A DNA stretch of 64,000 nt from an uncultured Methanotrichaceae archaeon (GTDB lineage Archaea; Halobacteriota; Methanosarcinia; Methanotrichales; Methanotrichaceae): NCBI GenBank assembly GCA_964633785.1, contig CAZWHG010000005.1, forward strand, positions 4,440-68,439, in the 5' to 3' direction. The notes under the pieces were generated by a model. The model was given only the letters and a program-made list of their open reading frames with translations, made no database searches and was not told the origin of the DNA. This document shows positions 38,821 to 47,107 of this stretch, one piece after another. Every line of letters starts with the position of its first letter. Position 1 is the stretch's first letter. Position numbers and translations under genes: made by a program.

Positions 38821-40520
38821 AAGGTCCTGCCCGCCTGCATCATCAGGTGCTCGAGTATGGGGCCAAGCACAAAGATGGGAAAGAAGGTCAAAGCACCGAC
38901 TATGATGACTGTGCCGACCATCATGATCACGAAGAGCGGACTGGCGGCAGGAAAAGTGGCCGTGCTGGCAGGGACGATTCTCTTTGCCGCCAGGGAGCCG
39001 GCTATGGCCAGAGCCGGCAATATCGTGGCAAATCTGCCCACCAACATAGCCAGAGCCATTGTCAGGTTGTAGAAGGTGGTGTTGGCATTAAGACCGGCAA
39101 AAGCGGACCCGTTATTGCCGCAGGCCGAGGCGAAGGCATATAGTATCTCTGTCAGTCCATGCGGCCCGCCGTTGTTCAGACTAGAGAGGCCCGATGGCAG
39201 GACTATGGCCAGGCCGGCCAGCATCAGCAGAGCGATGGAAGGAGCCAGCAAACCGATGACTGCCATTCTCATCTCGAACGGCTCCAGTTTTTTACCGAAT
39301 AGCTCAGGAGTGCGGCCGATCATGAGTCCGGCTAAGAACATGGTCATGATGGCATAGAAGAAGATGCCGATCAGTCCTACACCGACTCCGCCGAAGATCA
39401 CCTCGCCGATGACCATGTTGAAGAGCAGAACCAGGCAGGCTAGGGGCATCATGCTGTCGTGCATGCTATTCACGGCCCCATCGGAGGTTACTGTGGTGGA
39501 ATGGGCAAAGAGCACCGATGCCGCTACGCCGAAGCGCACCTCTTTTCCTTCCATATTAACTCCTCCGGTCACGCCCAGCTTCTCCAGCAGGGGGCTCCCC
39601 TGTCCTTCTGCCCAGAGGGCGAATCCCAAACCCATGAGGTAGAGAATGAGCATAACCGCAAATATGGCCCGGCCCTGTTTGGGATTATTGACCAGTGCGC
39701 CAAAGGCGAAGGGAAGCGATGCCGCGATGAGCAGCATGGCCAGCACCTGCAGGAAATCCGAGAGTGGCGTGGGATTCTCAAAAGGATGGGCGGAGTTGGC
39801 ATTGAAGAAGCCGCCGCCGTTGGTTCCCAGGAGCTTAATGGCCTCCTGAGAAGCCACGGGTCCCAGAGAGATGTCCTGCTCTCCTCCCTCAAGAGTGCGG
39901 GCAATGACATTGGGGCTCAGGGTCTGAATTACACCCTGGGAGGCAAATAGGAGAGCCCAGATGAGTGCCAGGGGCAGCAGCAGATAAAGCACCGACCTGG
40001 TGAGGTCGACCCAGAAATTCCCCAGGGTGGCGGCATTCTTGCGGGTGAAGCCTCGGATGACGGCCATGGCAGCCGATAGCCCCACAGCGGCTGAGAGGAA
40101 GTTTTGCACAGTCAAGCCCAGCATTTGGGTGAGGTAGCTCATTGTCTGTTCCCCGCTATAGGCCTGCCAGTTGGTGTTAGTGGTGAAGGAGACGGCAGTA
40201 TTGAGGGCCGTATCCCAGCGAACTGCGCCCAGATTCTGAGGATTGAAAGGAAGAAAGCCCTGCAATTCCTGCAGCAAGAAGACGGCAGCCAGACCCAGGG
40301 CATTGAAGATCAAGAGAGCGGCAACATAGCTCTTCCAGGACATCTCTCTTGTCTCGTCCAAACCCGCCATTCTGTAAAATGCCCGTTCCACAGGCCGGAT
40401 GAGAGGTGTAACTCGAGTAGGCTCGCCATTGAAAACTTTCGCAATATATCTTCCCGTAGGCAACGCCAGAACTATCAGGATGCCTAACAACAGGGCTATG
40501 TATGCATATTCCATTGACAT
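38817..40520 (-). CDS. kdpA: K+-transporting ATPase subunit A
   Basis: It is a 567-aa polytopic protein with KdpA-like '[10 protein letters not shown]' and '[19 protein letters not shown]'. Confidence 0.95.
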   Translation of the reverse strand: MSMEYAYIALLLGILIVLALPTGRYIAKVFNGEPTRVTPLIRPVERAFYRMAGLDETREMSWKSYVAALLIFNALGLAAVFLLQELQGFLPFNPQNLGAVRWDTALNTAVSFTTNTNWQAYSGEQTMSYLTQMLGLTVQNFLSAAVGLSAAMAVIRGFTRKNAATLGNFWVDLTRSVLYLLLPLALIWALLFASQGVIQTLSPNVIARTLEGGEQDISLGPVASQEAIKLLGTNGGGFFNANSAHPFENPTPLSDFLQVLAMLLIAASLPFAFGALVNNPKQGRAIFAVMLILYLMGLGFALWAEGQGSPLLEKLGVTGGVNMEGKEVRFGVAASVLFAHSTTVTSDGAVNSMHDSMMPLACLVLLFNMVIGEVIFGGVGVGLIGIFFYAIMTMFLAGLMIGRTPELFGKKLEPFEMRMAVIGLLAPSIALLMLAGLAIVLPSGLSSLNNGGPHGLTEILYAFASACGNNGSAFAGLNANTTFYNLTMALAMLVGRFATILPALAIAGSLAAKRIVPASTATFPAASPLFVIMMVGTVIIVGALTFFPIFVLGPILEHLMMQAGRTF

Positions 40521-40862
40521 TTATGTCGCCTTCGAAATGAATTATCTAAAGGAGATTATCTTAATCAAACTTAATAGTTTCTAAATTTATCTGGCACGTT
40601 GGCCGGATACAAAATTGCTTGACAAAGAAGAATGTCTGCAAATCTCATCATCAAGCCAGCCGGAGATCCTCAGATCTCCCTGTGCCATGCTAGGAATCGG
40701 TTGCATTATTGATCCTTCTTAATGGAGAAGAAACAGAGAGCTTCTCTCACTAGGCGTTCTTCATTCTCCATGAGAGGAATGCACATTCCGGTATTGATAT
40801 ATAAAGATATCCTGACATTCAGGAATCTAATATTTAATGTAGGAGATGCACAGCTATGCCTG

Positions 40863-42059
40863 ATGACCGAGATCCGAGACCCCGTGCATGGTTATGTGTT
40901 GCTGGAAGGCCTTGCCCTGGAAATCGCGGACACACCCCAGATGCAGCGGCTGCGCTGGATCAAGCAGCTCGGCCTGGCGAGCCTGGTCTATCCCGGTGCC
41001 AATCATACCCGCTTCGAGCACAGCCTGGGCGCCTATCACCTGGCTGATCTGCTTGCGAACCATCTCGGCCTGCCAAAAGAGGATAAGATGCTGGTAGGCG
41101 CTGCGGCACTCTTGCATGACGTGGGCCATGGTCCCCTCTCCCATGCCACGGAGGCGGCCCTTGCACCCTACCTGCGAAAGGATCACGAGAGCATCATTGA
41201 TATCCTGAAGAAAGGCGAACTAAGGACGGTTTTAGATAAATATGGCCTGAAAGGCTCTGAGATCCAGGCAGCCATAAATGGAGTCGGCCTGGGGCAGATC
41301 GTGAGCGGCGAGATAGATGTGGATAGGATGGATTACCTGATCAGGGATGCTCACTATACGGGCGTGGCCTACGGAGTGATCGACCGATTGCGTCTATTGC
41401 AAAAGATGACCCTTCACGATGGAGAGCTGGTGGTGGAGGCGGGAGGCGTGCAGGCGGCGACTTCCCTGCTCATTTCCCGGCTGCTCATGCATCCATCCGT
41501 TTATTATCATCATGTCTGCCGCATCTCGGAGTGTATGGTCTCCGCCGCCATCCGGCGTATGATTGATGAGGGGGCCAGTGCGTCCAATGTAAAAGATATG
41601 GACGACATCCAACTCTTCAATTCCCTGGATCGGTCTGGCGGCTACGCGGCGGAGATGGCGTCCCGCATCAGATCGAGGAGAATATTTAAGCGGGCCGTTT
41701 ATGTCGGCCTGGAATGCCTGGACCCTTCGGTTCTCAAGGTAAGCGAAAAGATGCTGGCCCAAGAGATTGCCCACGAGGCTGGAGTAGATGCAGACTACAT
41801 TCTGGTGGACAATCCTGCGCTCACAGACACGCCGGAGGGCAACTTTCCCGCTTTGGTCGAGGGAGAGGTGAGACCCCTACGAGATGTGTCTCCTCTAGTC
41901 AGCATCCTGGAAAGAGCGCACAGGGCTGCCTGGCGCTTCGGCATCTATTGTCGGGATGAAGATCGAGAGAATGCAATCCTGGCGGCAAGAAGGTGCCTGA
42001 ACCTGAAAAAAAATACTGTGCAGCACACCTTTTCCGACATCGATAACGTCTGCCTTTAG
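40863..42059 (+). CDS. HD-domain phosphohydrolase (COG1078, dNTPase-like)
   Basis: The motifs are 'IRDPVHGYV', 'RLRWIKQLG', 'HTRFEHSLGAYHLA' and 'AALLHDVGHGPLSH'. ATG 40863 is preferred over the track start 40722 because homologs begin at the 'DPVHG' block. Confidence 0.85.
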   Translation: MTEIRDPVHGYVLLEGLALEIADTPQMQRLRWIKQLGLASLVYPGANHTRFEHSLGAYHLADLLANHLGLPKEDKMLVGAAALLHDVGHGPLSHATEAALAPYLRKDHESIIDILKKGELRTVLDKYGLKGSEIQAAINGVGLGQIVSGEIDVDRMDYLIRDAHYTGVAYGVIDRLRLLQKMTLHDGELVVEAGGVQAATSLLISRLLMHPSVYYHHVCRISECMVSAAIRRMIDEGASASNVKDMDDIQLFNSLDRSGGYAAEMASRIRSRRIFKRAVYVGLECLDPSVLKVSEKMLAQEIAHEAGVDADYILVDNPALTDTPEGNFPALVEGEVRPLRDVSPLVSILERAHRAAWRFGIYCRDEDRENAILAARRCLNLKKNTVQHTFSDIDNVCL

Positions 42060-42085
42060 GCAGCCCGCCAGGGTTTAATTGAACC

Positions 42086-42105
42086 AAAAAAAGGGGGCAT
42101 CCCTT
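42086..42105 (-). terminator. Short hairpin plus T-run after the Cys-rich protein gene
   Basis: The minus strand reads aaggg-atgcc-ccctt followed by TTTTT, about 50 nt after the stop at 42155. Confidence 0.4.
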
Positions 42106-42154
42106 GAGCCCTGTATTTTGCATTTCAGTCTCGTTGGGATCTCCACCTTGTTAT

Positions 42155-43441
42155 TTAGAATACATAGAGAGTTACATTGTTGCTTCTTTGGACTCCATTT
42201 TCGAAAGAGCTCACGTAGGCGCCTGGATTTTCTGCATAGACCCAAATATATTTGTATCCAGATAAGACCTGGTCAAATTTCTCGCTGCTGATCTTTCCAT
42301 CAGGTGCGATTTTATTTGAGATCAGATTTCCGTTTGATGGAACGAAGACGAACTCGCGCACCCATGTGCCTTTTGGAGTTCTTGCGACCACATCCCAGCC
42401 ACCCTCCGTTTCGACCCATGCGTAGATCTCTCTTCCAGAGAAGCTTTGTTGGAAAGCGGTCCACGGAGTGTATGCACCCAAATAATAAACTGATGTCGGC
42501 GGCTGTGCCACTACATTATAAGACCTCAGGGAGTTCTGTTCCGCCGCTAACGGGGCCTTTGTAGATGACTTAGCCATCGGCGGAGCGTTTGAACTCAGAG
42601 GGACGGCAGCTTGAGCACCTGCGCAGTATGGACCGCAAGTGGCGGAACATGTCGGCAGGCAAGTGGCCAGGCAGGTAGCTGAACAAGTCGCAGAGCATGT
42701 CGCCATGCAGGTCTGGGCGCAGGTTCTCTGACATGTGGCAAAGCAAGTGTTATAGCAGGTATTGCCGCAGGTTTGCGCACATGTATTGGCACAGGTGTTG
42801 CTGCATGTGCGAGCGCAAGTGCTGCGGCACGTTTGCCCGCATGTATTGGCGCATGTTCTGCCGCAAGTGCCTTCGCATGTGTTCCCACAAGTGCTCCTGC
42901 ATGTGTAACTCAGCGTTTGGCCGCAACCACCACAGGTATCCTGGCAGGTGCTGCCACAGGTGTCGGCACCACATGAGAGAACGCAAGTCCGGCAGCTGAG
43001 CATACAAGTGCCACTGCAAGTGTCTCCGCATGTTCCGCTGCAAGTACTACCACAAGTATCCGAACAGGTGCTGCCGCAGCTATCAAAGCATGTCTGCTCA
43101 GTCTCCCACTGACAAACTCCCATCGTATCTATATCAGCTTGTTTGATCGTGAGCAAACAGCCTTTTTCTTGAGTTGTATCTAAAGGGGTTAAGCTTGCAG
43201 TCTCAATGCTTCCATATTCAAGTTTGCTTTCTGAAGTGCCATTCTCCAAGAGTCCCAACTCTTCTGCAACCTGATTGTATCTGTAATCGAATAGAGGTGT
43301 GTTGCCTGACGAAATTAAATTCGCATTTGACCCTGCATCCGACGAAGCAGCGGCGCTGCATGTTAATAATATAGAAACAACTATGAACAACTGCAATTGT
43401 TCCCGTATCATTCCTAACCCTCCCATTGATCCACCTCCCAC
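42155..43441 (-). CDS. Secreted protein with an extreme (C-x-x-T)n cysteine-repeat core
   Basis: It has the signal-like 'LQLFIVVSILLTCSAAAS'. The core spans aa 110-273 and holds about 40 Cys, e.g. 'CGSTCSDTCGSTCSGTCGDTCSGTC...CANTCAQTCGNTCYNTC...CSATCSATCLATC'. The C-terminal ~150 aa form a globular domain. Confidence 0.8.
   Translation of the reverse strand: MGGGSMGGLGMIREQLQLFIVVSILLTCSAAASSDAGSNANLISSGNTPLFDYRYNQVAEELGLLENGTSESKLEYGSIETASLTPLDTTQEKGCLLTIKQADIDTMGVCQWETEQTCFDSCGSTCSDTCGSTCSGTCGDTCSGTCMLSCRTCVLSCGADTCGSTCQDTCGGCGQTLSYTCRSTCGNTCEGTCGRTCANTCGQTCRSTCARTCSNTCANTCAQTCGNTCYNTCFATCQRTCAQTCMATCSATCSATCLATCLPTCSATCGPYCAGAQAAVPLSSNAPPMAKSSTKAPLAAEQNSLRSYNVVAQPPTSVYYLGAYTPWTAFQQSFSGREIYAWVETEGGWDVVARTPKGTWVREFVFVPSNGNLISNKIAPDGKISSEKFDQVLSGYKYIWVYAENPGAYVSSFENGVQRSNNVTLYVF
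42623..43114 (-). repeat. 12-nt-periodic coding repeat encoding (C-x-x-T/S)n
   Basis: From aa 181 to 269, Cys occurs exactly every 4th residue, for 23 consecutive units. All six frames are open here, which generates the spurious track ORFs at 42595-43043. Confidence 0.85.
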
Positions 43442-43756
43442 TCAAGGCTAGCTAGCCAATTGAAACTCACTATAAGTCTTTCTATTCAGTCTCATGGTTG
43501 CATATAAGTACCTTTCGAAATTAATTTAAAATAATATCATTTTATATATTATTTTTGAAATGATTAAAAAGGTGCCAGCATAACCCAGCTGCGGTGAATC
43601 CAGGGCATAGCCGCATGAAAGTGAAATGCTGTTTAAGCGGATCAAGGCCTATGTTGGATACACCGCGAGAGAGGTTCTGGCAAACAGGCGCATTTCTCAA
43701 AAAGGTTTAAGGTCGAGATTAGACCAGGAACAAAAAAAATATTTAAAGCATACTGT

Positions 43757-44296
43757 TTAGCTCATCCTAACCTGGATCGAATTGAGCAAGCTTTCACTCA
43801 GATTCGTGGGTACTCTGGCTAGAATTTCCACACTGGTCATTCCAACTGTGATATTATAGTTCTCAATTACTTTGCTGTCCAGCCAATATTTTGCGATAGT
43901 CGAATTAACGACATTACCATCCTTCTCAAATAATTCGATAGCTACAAGGCCAGGTTTGCCATCAATTGTACTCTCGAATAATGCGCCATTTAGTATACCA
44001 CCCAGGGCTTTTTCATAATTCAAGGCCAGGTTTAGGTATCTGAGATCGGGAGTTAGATCTGCGCATTTCCAAACAGTATCGTTAATTACGGCAATAACTG
44101 CCTGGGTATCGTTGGTAAATTTTATATTTATGGTTGAAGTAGTGTTCGCTTCATCCCAATTAGACGATACAGAATATTTCATTGTTGTATTCAGGTCAAA
44201 TGAGACATTGTAAGGCCCAGCGGATATTTCATCGGTCTTTGCAGATGCGCCTGCCGCCAGCAAAACCATTATAATCAAAACATACATCGACTTCAT
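43757..44296 (-). CDS. Secreted, sequon-rich hypothetical protein
   Basis: It has the signal 'MYVLIIMVLLAAGASA' and many N-x-S/T sites. Confidence 0.7.
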   Translation of the reverse strand: MKSMYVLIIMVLLAAGASAKTDEISAGPYNVSFDLNTTMKYSVSSNWDEANTTSTINIKFTNDTQAVIAVINDTVWKCADLTPDLRYLNLALNYEKALGGILNGALFESTIDGKPGLVAIELFEKDGNVVNSTIAKYWLDSKVIENYNITVGMTSVEILARVPTNLSESLLNSIQVRMS

Positions 44297-44557
44297 ATTA
44301 ATCCTTCCGATTTACCTGTAATAAATTCCAGTACCTGAAGTATCAACTTCAAGTTCTAATATATATAGTTTAGGATTGATATTTAAGAGAAAATAGTGCA
44401 GTCAATGCTTATAGACATCTCCACCAAATTCTGGCTCCACAAATTGACCGATAAGAACCGGAAGATTTATATTCACAAAAACGATAACAACCAAAATATA
44501 ATACATTACGAAGACAAGAATTGACAATAGATCGCCACGAGGAGTGCTTAACGATTC

Positions 44558-47107
44558 ATGATCGGATCATTAACAGAGACAATTATTGTGATCAAGAGAT
44601 TTGTCTCAATTATATTAATTATGCTTTCTCTTAATATTTTTTCTCTCAACATGGGTTACGCTTCGCCAATATTTCTGCGTTTCTGTGGACTTATGTGCCT
44701 GGTCATACTATTGATAATATACATTAGTTCATATAAAAAAATAATTATTAGAGCTGTTTCTGTTGCCGGCGTATCTCTGATATTATTATCCTTTATAGCT
44801 CTGATAAGTACAGACAAACCGGAATTCTGGATATTAAGCTTAATTATATTCATCATCGGATTTGATATTCTCTTAAGGTCGGCCGGAGAACATGAGGTAC
44901 AGTTATCTAGTCTAGCATTGGGCAGTTTATTTTATTCCATATTATATATATTTTATATTAATAATCCATCTTTTTGGATATTTATCACATCATTGTCACA
45001 GGCAGTCTCTGCTATCTTGGGCAGACTCGAGGGAATCCCCCTGGCGCTCGGACCTACAATCAGCGGTACATTGATTCTTCTAACATTTGTCTGCTGTGCA
45101 GTTTCTTTTTTTATATTATCCAAAAATAGATCATCTTCCTCAATCGAGGCATTAACGGCAGTCCTGATCGGCTTCGCAGTGCTCTATGCTGCCTATTTCC
45201 TGATCGTTATTCAGATCTGGGTCACGGCGGATAAATACATGGACCTCGTATTTCTGATATTTTTTTTACTCATGGCACCCTTCTTGATATTTATATCGAA
45301 GATCCAAATCAAATCTCTTGACCTGGGGACCTTAATTCCTTCTCCAGGGCAAGGAGCCATTTTGGCAATGCTCTTCGTAGCCGTATTACTAATATCTATA
45401 ATTCCTTATTTTAATTCTGGCGAAATAGGCAAAGCAGTAATTTATGAAAAAGACAGTGAAATGGGATTTGTTATTCCTCACTTTCCCGAAGCAAACCAAT
45501 CCTTTGCATCAGACGATGGTTTTTCCGTGGGCGCCATAAAGCTATATTTAGAAAGCATGGGCGGCTTGGTAGAGAGCCTGAACCAGACAAATTCCCGCGA
45601 TATGAAAGACGCCCTTAAAGATGCTAACATCCTTGTGCTGCTGAACCTAAAGAAGGGATTTTCATCCTCTGATCTGCAGAGCATTAGAGATTTTGTTAAA
45701 AATGGTGGAGGCCTCTTGGTCTTTGCTGAGCATACTTCTATGTTTGTCCCGGATCAAGATTTCGCCTCCGGAAGAGATTATCTAAGTGAAGTGCTTAATC
45801 CAACGGGAATTAGAATAAATCCTGACACTGCCGACTATATCCCGGATCACTGGCAGTATGCCGCTTCAGCCTTGCCTCATCCAGTCACCAGAGATCTGGA
45901 TTTTGATCTGACCACATCATCCGTAGGCGCATCTCTCAATCTGAGCGGCACGGCCAGGCCTCTGATCATCGGACGGTTTGCGTTCTCGGACAAATCCAAT
46001 CTGACCATGCCAGGACACCTTGGAGATAGGCTTTATGAACGAGGCGAAGGTCTGGGCGATCTGGTCATTGCAGCATGCGATACCTATGGCAAGGGAAAAG
46101 TGCTGGTATTTGGAGATACATCCTATATATTCAATAATGAATTACCGTTTAGATATAGTCTAGTCTATAATTCCGCTTCCTGGCTGGTGAGCCGCGAATC
46201 GGATTATGCCGCATATCAATGCTTTGCATCCATTTTCCTTCTTTTTGCCATTGCAGGTTATATTTTTGCTGTCCGTACTATTACCGGGTATCGACCCATG
46301 GTTTCCCTGCTATTCTTGATATGCCTTGCTTTTTCTGTAGCCTTCTCGCTGGGGCTATCCTCAAGCATAAATGATTCGTTGGTCAAAGCCCCTCAAGAAC
46401 CTCTAGCGGATGTGGCCTGGATTGATTACACTCATCTAAACCAGTTCAATTTAGAGAACTACCGAGATGATGGCGTGGCCGGATTGACCTTGAATCTCTT
46501 CCGAAATGGCTTCTTGCCGCAAATTATGCAGAAAGATAATGACATTTCTGATATTCGCAAAAGTTCGGTCGCGATCATAATAGCACCCAATGAGCACTAT
46601 ACTGCCAAAGAAGCCTCTGAGATCAAAGAATTTGTCGAGGCTGGTGGATTGCTGATCCTGTGCGCGGGCCATAAGAGCGCAGATACAATGGAATTGATAT
46701 TGAATTCTTTTGGTCTTCGTATTCGAGACCTTCCTTTGGGCTCTTTTCCCTGGATTGAAGAAACCCACGCTACCGGGGGCCAGGCAGTTGTATCCCCCGA
46801 AAATCTGAGACGATACTGGCATAAGCCCAAGTTCATGGAGGCTTATCCGGTCCAGGCAGATGGCGAGTACGAGCCGATAACCTGGATGCGCTACAACGGT
46901 GTTACCTATAATCTTATTATCCAGAAAAAAGTGGGCAGAGGGAATGTGATCCTTATCGGCGATTCGAGGTTCTTGCTTAATGAAAATCTTGAACATCTAT
47001 CGCAGGGAGTTGGAAAAGAAACCAGAGAGCAGTATCAGCTCCAGTGGTTGGGCAATATCGAGCTCCTACGGAAGATTTTAGCTCTGCAAAAAGTTGGGAT
47101 GGCATGA
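44558..47107 (+). CDS. Large polytopic membrane protein with two soluble GGGL..H-type (class-I glutamine-amidotransferase-like/ThuA/DUF4350/GldG-like) domains, paralog A
   Basis: About 9 N-terminal TM segments are followed by a soluble region with 'ANILVLLNLKKGFSSSDLQSIRDFVKNGGGLLVFAEHT'. Two more TM segments follow. A second soluble region has 'VAIIIAPNEHYTAKEASEIKEFVEAGGLLILCAGH' and 'GRGNVILIGDSRF'. Confidence 0.85.
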   Translation: MIGSLTETIIVIKRFVSIILIMLSLNIFSLNMGYASPIFLRFCGLMCLVILLIIYISSYKKIIIRAVSVAGVSLILLSFIALISTDKPEFWILSLIIFIIGFDILLRSAGEHEVQLSSLALGSLFYSILYIFYINNPSFWIFITSLSQAVSAILGRLEGIPLALGPTISGTLILLTFVCCAVSFFILSKNRSSSSIEALTAVLIGFAVLYAAYFLIVIQIWVTADKYMDLVFLIFFLLMAPFLIFISKIQIKSLDLGTLIPSPGQGAILAMLFVAVLLISIIPYFNSGEIGKAVIYEKDSEMGFVIPHFPEANQSFASDDGFSVGAIKLYLESMGGLVESLNQTNSRDMKDALKDANILVLLNLKKGFSSSDLQSIRDFVKNGGGLLVFAEHTSMFVPDQDFASGRDYLSEVLNPTGIRINPDTADYIPDHWQYAASALPHPVTRDLDFDLTTSSVGASLNLSGTARPLIIGRFAFSDKSNLTMPGHLGDRLYERGEGLGDLVIAACDTYGKGKVLVFGDTSYIFNNELPFRYSLVYNSASWLVSRESDYAAYQCFASIFLLFAIAGYIFAVRTITGYRPMVSLLFLICLAFSVAFSLGLSSSINDSLVKAPQEPLADVAWIDYTHLNQFNLENYRDDGVAGLTLNLFRNGFLPQIMQKDNDISDIRKSSVAIIIAPNEHYTAKEASEIKEFVEAGGLLILCAGHKSADTMELILNSFGLRIRDLPLGSFPWIEETHATGGQAVVSPENLRRYWHKPKFMEAYPVQADGEYEPITWMRYNGVTYNLIIQKKVGRGNVILIGDSRFLLNENLEHLSQGVGKETREQYQLQWLGNIELLRKILALQKVGMA

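Noticed and set aside
34407-40584. Many plus-strand ORFs (e.g. 37985..38905, 306 aa) across the kdp genes
   Set aside because: All are antisense to kdpD/C/B/A, which carry unambiguous P-type ATPase and Kdp motifs. Their compositions are Ser/Arg/Pro/Ala-rich, which is typical of shadow ORFs.
42595-43043. Five overlapping ORFs on both strands within the Cys-repeat tract
   Set aside because: They are a consequence of the 12-nt periodic repeat being stop-free in all frames. Only the 428-aa minus-strand frame has a signal peptide and flanking non-repetitive domains.
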